Shown in pieces: positions 28,409 to 37,911 of a stretch of DNA of 64,000 nucleotides. The stretch is from an uncultured Bacteroidales bacterium (lineage in GTDB: Bacteria > Bacteroidota > Bacteroidia > Bacteroidales > UBA10428), in the NCBI GenBank assembly GCA_963808745.1, contig CAWEGX010000003.1:466197-530196 (forward strand), written 5' to 3'. Under the pieces are notes generated by a model, which saw only the letters and a list, made by a program, of their open reading frames with translations, was not told the origin of the DNA and did not search any database. The position numbers and the translations under genes are program-made. Every line of letters begins with the position of its first letter. The stretch's first letter is position 1.

Positions 28409-31052
28409 TTACATTCCCAGCCAAAAACTCATCTTTACCATAAATACGTTAGTCGGTGCTCCTCCAAAAAGGTCACCCAGGTTATCACTTAGCGAGGAAT
28501 AATAAATATTGTCACGGTTATGCTGATTGTTCTCCCACACCAGGTAAATTGTTGAACCCGGGCGGTATTCCCATCGTGCCACAAGATTTGACCGGAATTC
28601 CCTGAAACTGAAATCCGGATTGTTGAATGAATAGGTGTCTGGTCCGTCATTCACCTGATAGGAATTCGTGGACTCGTCGAAGCTGATTTCAGATTCCGTA
28701 AAAGAATGATACCGGTCATTTATGTCATCTGCATTGGCATCGAGGGTTTTCTTGAAATCATCGTATATACCGGTTGAAATAAAGGGACTCCCATAATACT
28801 GAATGGAGATATCCGGCGTGATATTATAATTAAGGCGCAAGGTGACGCTATAGGTTTGCTGTTTGATATGTGCCAGAATGTATCGCATATCGGTACTCGT
28901 CTGTTTCTGAGTCACATAAATGAAATTGTCGATATTGTGATCATAGGCCATTTGGCCGGTGATATAAAAATGATTTCCAAGTCTGAAACTGAGTGATGGT
29001 TTTATCACATATCGGCGGGATACACCATCCGTGCTCACGGAACTTATATTATTCAATCCGAATATTACACGATCTGATTTATTTGTATTAAACGAGATGA
29101 TGTTATCCCAGTAAGGTGAAAGACGAAAAGCCGGTCCTCCGCGCAGCAGGCGGGTGGACAATTCTGCAAATGTATATGATTCGGTCATGGAAAGATCCCA
29201 CCGGTTGGTGAACTGTGCTGTAAATGCCGCGTTTACATCATTGTGGGTGCTCACTCCGCCGTAGTTCCAGGCATTCATCTGTCCAAGGGTAAGGGTATAA
29301 TTTCGTAATATGCCGCGAGGTTCGGTCTGGCGGATGCCCAGTTTGGTGAGATTCTGGATAAGATCAGCCATCAGCAGGTAGCCAACATCGTTCATGTCAA
29401 AGCCGGGTGACCACCAGCTTACCTTTTCAGAAAAAATAAAGCGCTTGTTACCAAGCCGGCCTGCACTCAGATAACCGCCGGTACCCGAAAGTGACCTTCG
29501 GCTGCTGTCAACACCCAGGTAACCTGAAGCATCCGGTCGCTGGTAATAGTGCAGGGGATTACGCTGAAGTGACCACTATGGCTTCTTCCTTTCCATTAAT
29601 ATAGCTCATAATACCCTTAAAATCAAGAAAATATTCGCGGTCTTTTGAATATTGAAGCAGGTCGATGCCGGCAGTATAGGCATTCTTATTGAGGTATTCC
29701 AGGTGGGGAACGTCGGAAAAACGGTTGGTGGAGGTAAACATGGTACCAAACTGGGTATTGCCCTTGTTGGCAATTTTCTGAACGCGGGCTACCAGGAAAT
29801 TGGTGAGGGGTTCAACTACGGGATTGGTCTCCACCCCGTCCGTTGTAACTTTTGCCGTTTCTTTCTGCGTGGTGCTTTGCAGGATACCCACGGATATCCC
29901 GTTACGGGTTGTTCCTGTCAGCTTGATTGCATTGATGATGTTGGTGAATTCAGGTTCTTTTGAAAAAGAGGTTACATTGTCCACTTCAGGCGAATAGGAG
30001 GGAGCATGCCCGATCCGGCGGGAATAGAACATCATGTTATTGTCGGGTGAAAAATCAAAAATATGTTTTCCTTCCAGGAAAAAGGGCCTTTTCTCTTCGT
30101 AAAAAGTCTCAAATGCGGTAAGGTTCATGACGGAAGGATCCGCCTCGATCTGTCCGAAATCCGGATTTATGGTGACATCCATTGTAAAATCACCGACACC
30201 TATTTTGCTGTCAATACCGGCATTCCCATTCCACCTGACTCCATTGGAATAAGGGCTGCCCTCGATCTGGGGTTCCATGGTCATCTTGGCGGCTACATAG
30301 GGAAGAAACTCAATGAGCCTTGGTTTTTGTATGCCCTGCAGCCCGTACATCGTGCCGAATGAATAAACATGGCCGCTGTTTTTGCGGGGAATAAGGCTCC
30401 ATTGGTCCACCTCCTGAAGTCGGCGGACTATGCGGCGCACATGCAATCCCCATACCATCCCGCTGTCGCTTTGATTATAACGCAGCTGGTTAAGCGGGAT
30501 CCTGAATTCGGCGATCCAGGAGGAATCATTCACAGATGTTTTTCCTTCCCAGACTGCGTTCCAGTTGAGGTTAACCGACAGGTTATCGGTGACGATGAGA
30601 TCGGTCTTGTTGCCACCCGCGTTGATATTGAATTCTGCTGCTGCCCGGCTGTCGTGATAAGAGTCAAAGGCAACACTGATGAGATCACCGATGGAGTTGT
30701 CATCGCGGTTTCCCACGAAGCGGTTTATCTTATCAGGTTCAGGATCCCAGGCGCGAAGGGCAAAATAGATATTTTTATCATCGAACAGTATCTTGATCTT
30801 TGTCGGGTAGGTGGGCTGTGCCCGTTCAACCGGTGTATTCTGCAGAAATTTCTGTGACCAGTTGCCTTCATTCTTCCAGCAGTCATCATCGAGTTTGCCA
30901 TCAATGACCGGGGGCTTTCCCTGTAATTTAACCGTATGATAGGACCGTTTGTAAGCCTGGTCAAAGGGAATGAGCGTATCGGCGCTTTGCGCCAGGGAAG
31001 GGGGAGTGGTTAGTGAAAGCAGCAGGAACAATATAAATACCAATCTCATCAT
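28409..31052 (-). CDS. CBM9-like + DUF5916 outer-membrane protein (~880 aa), one frameshift (~29565)
   Basis: The N-terminus has a signal peptide and 'IDGKLDDDCWKNEGNWSQKFLQNTPVERAQPTYPTKIKILFDDKNIYFALRAWD'. The 29396-29560 gap translates in the frame of ORF 28409..29395 ('LQRNPLHYYQRPDASGYLGVDSS...FDMNDVGYLLMADL'). It ends 'VFMVKMSFWLGM'. Confidence 0.7.
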
Positions 31053-31150
31053 GAAAAATTATAGGAATATCTTAAATGGAGCATAAATGTATAGAAGTTT
31101 GTTCAAGTTTATTCGCAAAGTACAATTTTTAGATGGCAATGAATAAACTT

Positions 31151-31317
31151 CGGTTCTGAGTAGTTTTGCAATTGGTTTGTAGAGACAAGGCAATGCCTTG
31201 TCTGTACGATTTCATCCAATATTGAAGTCAAGAAGTCGTGCAGTCTTCGAACCAGGGAGGATTACCGATTACTGATTACCGATTACCGATTACCGATTAC
31301 CGATTACCGATTACCGA
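31151..31317. repeat. Intergenic repeat mosaic F
   Basis: 'cggttctgagtagttttgcaattgg', the 40-nt hairpin element (31178-31217), 'gaagtcaagaagtcgtgcagtcttcgaa', and about 8 units of 'gattacc' (31260-31317). Confidence 0.9.
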
Positions 31318-32515
31318 ATATGACGTTAAAAATTCTATCCATTGCACTCTTCGAGGAGATCAGTTCGTCAATTTTTCCGTAATTTCCATTGGCAGCCCAC
31401 ACCAGGGTTGTTTTACTATCTTCAAAATAAATCATCGTGGCAAAATACCCGATGGCATCTCCGCTATGATGGTAGGCATTTCCATATGGTGTTTCAATTT
31501 TAAATATACCAAGTCCATATGACAGGGGATAAAATGCAGGATCCGGATTTTTGGGTAACTGCCAGGTAAGCATTTCCTGCAGCGATTTTTCAGATATGAG
31601 TTGGCCATTGAAAAGGGCTCTCATAAATACGGAGAGATCGTGCACATTGGAGATCAGGCCTCCATCGGCCGTATAATAATCCCATCCGCTGTAGTTTGTA
31701 CTTTCCATCAGCTGTAATTTGCTGTAAAAATCTATATATCCCCGGATTATGTTTTCAGGCACCGGATCTTCTGCAGCAAATTGTGTGGATTCAAGATGAA
31801 GAGGTTCAAATATCCTGGTTTTGAATGCCTGGTAGAAGGGCTCACCCGTGATTTTTTCAATGATCATTCCCAGCAACACATAATTGGTATTTGAATAATC
31901 CACATCCTGACCACATTCAAAATTTGCCGGCTTATTATATGCATACTCAAGTAAATCAAATGGATGCCATACCCGGGTGAGATCATTGACTGAGGCTGTC
32001 TGGAATTTAAGGCTCCGGATGTAGTTATAAATTCCGCTTGAATGATTTAAAAGTTGCCGAATGGTGCTCTGCCTGGCATTGGATAGCTTATCCAGGATAT
32101 CGCCGGGAAGGTATTTCTCAGTTTTATCATCCAGGGATAATCGTCCTTCTTCTGCGAGCATCAGGATTGTAACTGCGGTAAAAGTCTTTACAGTACTTCC
32201 GGTGCGTGTTATATTACAGGGTTTCAGTTCCACCTTGCCTGCAATATCAGCCATTCCTGAAGCACCCAGCCATTCACCGTCTTCAGGGGAATAAACCGAT
32301 AACATAATTCCAGGTACACCGGCTGATGTAATATCATCCAGCAAGGCCTGGTATTTTGAATTCAAGGTACTTTGTTTGCTTGAATCTGCAAAGTTGAATG
32401 AGCAGGCATAAACTGCCGGTGAACCCGGCTCGCTTTTAGTGCATCCAAAGACGGCCAGGAATAACAGGATGAGGTAATATGCCTTTCCGCTATTCATTGT
32501 TTTTGTGATTTTCAA
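31304..32515 (-). CDS. Serine hydrolase, beta-lactamase/transpeptidase-like family (lipoprotein)
   Basis: 'GSTVKTFTAVTILML' carries the S-x-x-K motif. 'YSNTNYVLLG' is a Y-x-N-like motif. 'LLFLAVFGC' is a lipobox. The start may be the Met at 32497. Confidence 0.8.
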   Translation of the reverse strand: MKITKTMNSGKAYYLILLFLAVFGCTKSEPGSPAVYACSFNFADSSKQSTLNSKYQALLDDITSAGVPGIMLSVYSPEDGEWLGASGMADIAGKVELKPCNITRTGSTVKTFTAVTILMLAEEGRLSLDDKTEKYLPGDILDKLSNARQSTIRQLLNHSSGIYNYIRSLKFQTASVNDLTRVWHPFDLLEYAYNKPANFECGQDVDYSNTNYVLLGMIIEKITGEPFYQAFKTRIFEPLHLESTQFAAEDPVPENIIRGYIDFYSKLQLMESTNYSGWDYYTADGGLISNVHDLSVFMRALFNGQLISEKSLQEMLTWQLPKNPDPAFYPLSYGLGIFKIETPYGNAYHHSGDAIGYFATMIYFEDSKTTLVWAANGNYGKIDELISSKSAMDRIFNVIFGNR

Positions 32516-33089
32516 ACGGATGAAACTGAACTCCCAATTGTGTGGTCACATGGGTCATTAAAGGGATAAAACCCGGGGAAAAGGGATATTCGATCCATGA
32601 TTCATAACCAAAGAAAATTTTCGGGGACTGCAGATTATCGGGTTTCAGGTAATAATTCAGGGTCAGTCCAAACGAAGGCATCATGCGTGCATTTCCTGAA
32701 TCCTTATGTTTCACATAGGATCCTTCTTCAAGCTTATACTCCTGCTGGGTTGTAAAGGTGTGCAGATAACCCAGTCCCAGGTTTCCGGCAAAAGCGAAAC
32801 CCGATGAATGACGGTATTCAAAGCCCAGGGAGGGTTTAATATATATACCTTGCGAAAAGGACTTATGATAATAGTAACCAATGTGCAGTGCAAAAAACAG
32901 CCGGGTACTGGTATACTGTTTTATATCGGCCTCGGTACCAAACTGAATTCCCGGATGAATGGGGGTTGTTATGAATCGTGTATAGGGGATGGCAGTGCTT
33001 TCATTCAAAAGGGCAATGGATACAGGTTGTGAAACGGCAGTAGAAGAGCCCAAAACAAAGACGCAGCTTATCAGAAAGGGTTTTAGCAT
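32490..33089 (-). CDS. Hypothetical secreted protein, beta-barrel-like
   Basis: Signal peptide 'MLKPFLISCVFVLGSSTAVSQ' and alternating aromatic/Gly strands. No family recognised. Confidence 0.55.
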   Translation of the reverse strand: MLKPFLISCVFVLGSSTAVSQPVSIALLNESTAIPYTRFITTPIHPGIQFGTEADIKQYTSTRLFFALHIGYYYHKSFSQGIYIKPSLGFEYRHSSGFAFAGNLGLGYLHTFTTQQEYKLEEGSYVKHKDSGNARMMPSFGLTLNYYLKPDNLQSPKIFFGYESWIEYPFSPGFIPLMTHVTTQLGVQFHPFENHKNNE

Positions 33090-33147
33090 CTTTAAAATGA
33101 TTGATTACTGGTTCTAAGTTGCATTTGCCAGATCAAATATAATAAAA

Positions 33148-33378
33148 GTTCTGCGGTTATGCAGTTGGAGTAATGGTGAATGGTGAATGGTGAATGCTAT
33201 AGATACTTACAAATGATTCAAAATTTGTAGTATGGTTTGGCTCTTGAGTCATTCATTCTTGCAAATTTTCAAATCATCAAATCACCTAATCCCTAAAGTC
33301 CAAAGCCTTCGTACAATTTAAATAAATATCCTTAACTTTACATAACGAGTTACTTCCATTCACCATTCACCATTCACC
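33148..33378. repeat. Intergenic repeat mosaic G
   Basis: 'gttctgcggttatgcagttgg', then 'aatggtgaatggtgaatggtgaatg' (33172-33196) and its inverted partner 'ccattcaccattcaccattcacc' (33356-33378), which ends 8 nt before the rsgA ATG. Confidence 0.9.
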
Positions 33379-33386
33379 GTTTTAAA

Positions 33387-34451
33387 ATGAACACACTCGA
33401 ACAATACGGCTGGAACGATTTTTTCAGCCAATACAATACACTGAACGGGAATGAGGACTTTGTTGCAGGCAGGGTTGTTTCAGTTAAAGGTTTTAAATAT
33501 CATCTGATACTGGAATCGGGAGAAACTGAAGCAGAGTTATCCGGAAAATTGTTATTCGGTACCGATCACGAGCTTCTCCCGAAAGTCGGTGACTGGGTGT
33601 TCTGCCTGAAATACGACACAATGGGATATATCACCGAGGTATTTCCCAGGTTAAACAGGCTGGCCAGAAAAAATCCGGATAAAACCTCGGAAAAGCAAAT
33701 TCTTGCAGCCAATATTGACTATGCCTTAATTGTGCAGGGACTCGACCGGGAATTTAACCTGATGCGTCTTGACCGGTATCTTGTGCAGATCATAGCCAAC
33801 GGAATCTCTCCCATTATCGTGCTAAACAAGGCCGACCTGATAAGCGACCGGGAGGTATACCGCAACGAGGTCCTGAGACTTGGAAAAGAATGTCCTGTTT
33901 ATTTCTGCAGCACTTACGACGGTTCAGGCCTGGAAGAATTGCTCACCCAGGCCCTGCTTCCGGCAAAAACCTCTATTATGGTTGGTTCATCAGGGGTTGG
34001 CAAAAGTTCGCTGCTGAATTCATTCAGGAAATCAGCAGCCAGAGAAACCGGTCCGTTAAGTTATTCCACCAATAAGGGAATGCATGTGACGACAACACGT
34101 GATCTGTTCAGGCTCCCCAATGGCAGCCTGATCATTGACACACCCGGCATGAGGGAATTTGGAATCGCCCTGGAAGACGGACTGCAGACAGACGGGCTGT
34201 TTCCTTCCATTGATGAATTTTCGCGCAAATGCAGGTATGCCGATTGCAGCCATACCAATGAGGAAGGATGTGCAGTAATTGAGGCTTTTGAAAACCAGCT
34301 CCTTGATCCGGCGGTATATAATAGTTACATCAAACTGATGAAGGAGCAAAGGCGATTTGAGATCCGGGCAGGTGAAAGTAAAAGGCTGGGAAAGCAGTTC
34401 GGCAAAATGATCCGCGAGGCAAAGGATTTCCGGAACAGATATAAGTATTAG
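33387..34451 (+). CDS. rsgA: Ribosome small-subunit-dependent GTPase A
   Basis: Circularly permuted GTPase motifs 'VLNKADL' and 'VGSSGVGKSSLLNS'. The C-terminal zinc motif is 'CRYADCSHTNEEGCAV'. Confidence 0.9.
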   Translation: MNTLEQYGWNDFFSQYNTLNGNEDFVAGRVVSVKGFKYHLILESGETEAELSGKLLFGTDHELLPKVGDWVFCLKYDTMGYITEVFPRLNRLARKNPDKTSEKQILAANIDYALIVQGLDREFNLMRLDRYLVQIIANGISPIIVLNKADLISDREVYRNEVLRLGKECPVYFCSTYDGSGLEELLTQALLPAKTSIMVGSSGVGKSSLLNSFRKSAARETGPLSYSTNKGMHVTTTRDLFRLPNGSLIIDTPGMREFGIALEDGLQTDGLFPSIDEFSRKCRYADCSHTNEEGCAVIEAFENQLLDPAVYNSYIKLMKEQRRFEIRAGESKRLGKQFGKMIREAKDFRNRYKY

Positions 34452-34696
34452 TTCTGCGGTTCTGCGGTTCTGTGATTGGTCTGTAGAGACAAGGCATTGC
34501 CTTGTCTGTACGATTTCATCCAATCATTGCAGTCTTGCAGTCGTGTAGTCAATGAAAGTCCCCTTCGGAGGGGGCAGGGGGAGGATTGACGTAATCCACC
34601 CCCTACCCCCGCCAGCGGCGGAAATCATCCCTTGAAGCCTAACAGCCTATAGCACATATAGCAGCCTAATCCCCTAAGCCTCCAGCCTATCAGCCT
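34449..34696. repeat. Intergenic repeat mosaic H
   Basis: 'tagttctgcggttctgcggttctgtg', the 40-nt hairpin element (34482-34521), 'attgcagtcttgcagtcgtgtagtc', a GC-rich palindromic island (34558-34612), and reverse TAGGCT-type units (34634-34696) overlapping the regulator's stop. Confidence 0.9.
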
Positions 34697-37600
34697 TTCT
34701 TAATCAGAATCAGCTCTTTCCATCCTTCAGCCGAGTGAAGGTATTTTTTTCTTTGTTGCATTACTTCCCTGACCTTATTTCTAAAGGTCCAGCAGGTTTC
34801 TTTCCGAAGTGAAATGAGATGTGACAGTTCGTCAACGGTTAAATTTCTTCCGCTACTGACAAGGTACAGAATGTAAAATGCCTTCGTGATGGGAAATTTT
34901 ATGCGGTAAAAAATAGTGTTGCTTGTCAGGGGTTCGCGATATCCGCATTGCTTGCACCGGCGCAGAAATGTCCCCATTAATACTGTATAGCCTGTATGGT
35001 GACAATTTTTGCAAACGAAGGGAAGGGGGCTTTTAAGTTCCCGAAGCAAGGCAAGACATGATTCATCATCGGGATAAATCTCACGGAATTCTTCATACGT
35101 AACACGTTTTTGCATGACCCTCGCTTTTGAAAGTTCCTGCACGTTTTGTGTAAGATCCTCATTTTTACGCTGAAGAAGGTAATTCATCCTGCGGATCTCT
35201 CCGCCCTGTCTTTCTATTTCGTCTTTCTGAAATTCAAGGTGTATATTCTTCCGGATGATTTCAGTATTTGCATTTTGCAGGAAAGTCGCCTGCTCCAGTA
35301 TCTGCTCTTTCTGCTGAACCACCTCATCAGTTCGCTGCCTGACTTTTGTTTCGAGAATGATGTTTTGGCTTTTGATGCTGCTTACGCGAATCGCATGCAG
35401 GGTAAGAGCTGAGCCAAGAATAAAGCTTATTAGAAGGAGCCTGAACCACAAGGTTCTCCAAAAGGGCGGTTTTATGAGTATTTTAAGGATTGTGCCTTCG
35501 GTGTTCCAAATTCCATCGTTGTTTGATGCCTGAACCCTGAAAATATAATCTCCGGGTGGAAGATTGGTATAGCTGGCAGACCTGCGGTCTTCATTGTCAA
35601 TCCATGCCTTATCAAAACCTTCGAGAAAATATTTATACCGGCATTTTGTGGAGGATGAAAAATTCAATGCCGTGAATTCAAAGGTCACAGCATTCTGTCT
35701 GTAATTAAGGATGATGGACGAGGTTTCCAAAAGACTTTTTTGAAGCGGTGATTTTTCACCAATTAAAACCGGCTTGTTTAGGATCTTTAAACCGGTAAGA
35801 TAAATGGCAGGAAGATAAGAATTGTCATGAATGCTATCGGGATAAAAAATGTTGAGGCCATTGATGCCACCGAAAATAATTTCTCCGGTGGACATTTTCG
35901 CAAAGGCCCTTGGATTGAATTGATTTCCCTGCAATCCATCTGATTTATCGTATAGCTTAATGGTTTCTTTTTTCGGATTAAGTACGGCAATACCAAGGTA
36001 GGTGCTGATCCATAAGTTGCCATGATGGTCTTCTATTATTCCACAGATCACATTACTGGGCAAACCGTTCCTTGTTGTATATATTTTAAAGTTACCTGTT
36101 TCGGGATTGAAACGGTTCAGGCCGCCATAGGTCCCTATCCAGAGATCTCTGGAAGTAGTCTCTACAATGCAGGTTATCTCATTGCTGCTGATTGAATTTG
36201 GTCTGGCCGGATCATGCAGATACCTGATAAAGGTCCGGTTTCCGTCAATGAACCGGTTTAATCCTTCATAGGTGCCCACCCAAAGAGTCCCGTTTCCATC
36301 CTGCAAAATATCCGTAACATAGTTATTACTCAGGCTGTTTGAATCCAATTCCTCTTTTACGAAATGTACAATCTGGTTTTTTCCCTGATTGAATTGGTTT
36401 AATCCGCCACCATTGGTTCCTATCCATAATAAACCCTCTCTGTCTTCATAAATGCTGAAAACCGAGTTATTTGAAAGGCTGTTTGAATGGGCAGGTTTAT
36501 GACGGTAATGAATAAACTGCTTGCGTGCAGGATCCCATCGATCGATACCATTGTCCATATATCCTACCCAGATATTACCCTGATGGTCACGACACAGCGC
36601 ACTGACAACATGATGACCCGGAGAGGCACTATTGCCCGGATCGGGCATAAATACCCTGAATTTACCTGATTTTCTGTTCATTACGTTAATACCACCCTCA
36701 TCTGTGCCGATCCAGATATCCTGTCCATCAGGCAGAATGGAAAGAACAGAACTTTTACTGAGACTGTTCGGATTTAATGCATTGGCACGGATAATCTCGA
36801 TCTTTTTCCGGCTGTTGTCAGAAAAATTCAATCCGCCACCAATCGTCCCCACCCATAGATTTTTCTGTTTATCTGTAAATACCGACATCACGGAATTCTT
36901 GCTAAGCGTATTGTAGTCCGTTTCCAGATGCCTGTAATGAGTGAAAAACTGTGTATGAATATTGAACAATGATAATCCCCCGCCCAGGGTTCCAATCCAA
37001 AGATGCAATTTGTCCGCTTTCTGAATTGTTTTTACCCGCTTTTGAGAAAGAGCCCCCGGTTTAAATTCCTCTACGAGATAGGGGATTTGTACAAAGCGGT
37101 TCTCCCGGATGATATACCTGATCATCCCATGTTCTTCCGTTCCCAGCCATAAATCATTTCCCAGCAGGCATAATGCATTTACTTCATTATCAGGTAATTG
37201 TGAGTTATTTATATTAAAACTGGTAAACTGCCGGTGAACGGGATCAAATTTAACCAGGCCCTGTGACCCGGTACCGATCCACAGAATGCCGGCACTATCC
37301 TCAACAATTGAATTGACGTAATTATCACTAATACTGTTCGGATCATTTGGATTATTGGAATAAAGAAGCCGGGTGTTATCCTCTGTATTGAAGCGGATCA
37401 GTCCTTCGTTTGTTCCTATCCATATCTTTCCGGAATGGTCCTCCATCATGGTACGGATTACATTCAGTTTCAGTCTTAGATCGACAAACGTAAAACTCTC
37501 GTTTTCAGAATTATAGCGATAAAGTCCACCCCCACGGGTTCCGATCCAAAGTACACCTCTGGAATCAGAAAACAGCACCGATATTGTATTGTTCTGCAGG

Positions 37601-37842
37601 GCTCCGGGAATGGGACGGGACAGTTTAAAAACCTGGAAGAATTTCCCGTCAAAACGGTTTAGTCCGTCCGATGTTCCGATCCAGATATAGCCATATCGAT
37701 CCTGATTAATGGCAAAGATTGTATTATCTGAAATTCCCTGGTCAGTATTGTATGTCTCAAACTGGAGGAATCGCTGCGCGTAAATATGAAAAAAGGGAAT
37801 CTGAATGAGTAACCAGAAAAGAAAGGGCTTTTTCATGCGCAT
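34690..37842 (-). CDS. Transmembrane one-component regulator: 14-blade beta-propeller + Y_Y_Y sensor, TM, coiled coil, IS1595-type transposase zinc-ribbon/HTH domain
   Basis: There are 14 'W(I/V)GT..G(L/I)..(F/Y)' propeller blades, and the Y_Y_Y motif is 'YKYFLEGFDKAWID...YTNLPPGDYIFRV'. 'WFRLLLISFILGSALTLHAI' is the TM segment, followed by a ~90-aa heptad-rich linker. The last 138 aa, 'EEFREIYPDDESCLALLRELKSPLPFVCKNCHHTGY...RRCKQCGYREPLTSNTIFYRIKFPITKAFYILYLVSS...TCWTFRNKVREVM', match the N-terminal DNA-binding region of IS1595 transposases. There is no DDE domain, kinase or receiver. Confidence 0.75.
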   Translation of the reverse strand: MRMKKPFLFWLLIQIPFFHIYAQRFLQFETYNTDQGISDNTIFAINQDRYGYIWIGTSDGLNRFDGKFFQVFKLSRPIPGALQNNTISVLFSDSRGVLWIGTRGGGLYRYNSENESFTFVDLRLKLNVIRTMMEDHSGKIWIGTNEGLIRFNTEDNTRLLYSNNPNDPNSISDNYVNSIVEDSAGILWIGTGSQGLVKFDPVHRQFTSFNINNSQLPDNEVNALCLLGNDLWLGTEEHGMIRYIIRENRFVQIPYLVEEFKPGALSQKRVKTIQKADKLHLWIGTLGGGLSLFNIHTQFFTHYRHLETDYNTLSKNSVMSVFTDKQKNLWVGTIGGGLNFSDNSRKKIEIIRANALNPNSLSKSSVLSILPDGQDIWIGTDEGGINVMNRKSGKFRVFMPDPGNSASPGHHVVSALCRDHQGNIWVGYMDNGIDRWDPARKQFIHYRHKPAHSNSLSNNSVFSIYEDREGLLWIGTNGGGLNQFNQGKNQIVHFVKEELDSNSLSNNYVTDILQDGNGTLWVGTYEGLNRFIDGNRTFIRYLHDPARPNSISSNEITCIVETTSRDLWIGTYGGLNRFNPETGNFKIYTTRNGLPSNVICGIIEDHHGNLWISTYLGIAVLNPKKETIKLYDKSDGLQGNQFNPRAFAKMSTGEIIFGGINGLNIFYPDSIHDNSYLPAIYLTGLKILNKPVLIGEKSPLQKSLLETSSIILNYRQNAVTFEFTALNFSSSTKCRYKYFLEGFDKAWIDNEDRRSASYTNLPPGDYIFRVQASNNDGIWNTEGTILKILIKPPFWRTLWFRLLLISFILGSALTLHAIRVSSIKSQNIILETKVRQRTDEVVQQKEQILEQATFLQNANTEIIRKNIHLEFQKDEIERQGGEIRRMNYLLQRKNEDLTQNVQELSKARVMQKRVTYEEFREIYPDDESCLALLRELKSPLPFVCKNCHHTGYTVLMGTFLRRCKQCGYREPLTSNTIFYRIKFPITKAFYILYLVSSGRNLTVDELSHLISLRKETCWTFRNKVREVMQQRKKYLHSAEGWKELILIKKG

Positions 37843-37911
37843 CAGGGGTCATCTTTTCAAAAATACGATTTTCCATGAAAAAGCACTAATAAGCAACTGA
37901 ATTCTTAGCAA

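Noticed and set aside
34693-35106. IS1595-family insertion sequence / transposase gene
   Set aside because: Only the N-terminal zinc-ribbon/HTH region is present. It is fused in frame to a 900-aa sensor. There is no DDE domain, no inverted repeats and no target duplication, so I treated it as a domain of the regulator.
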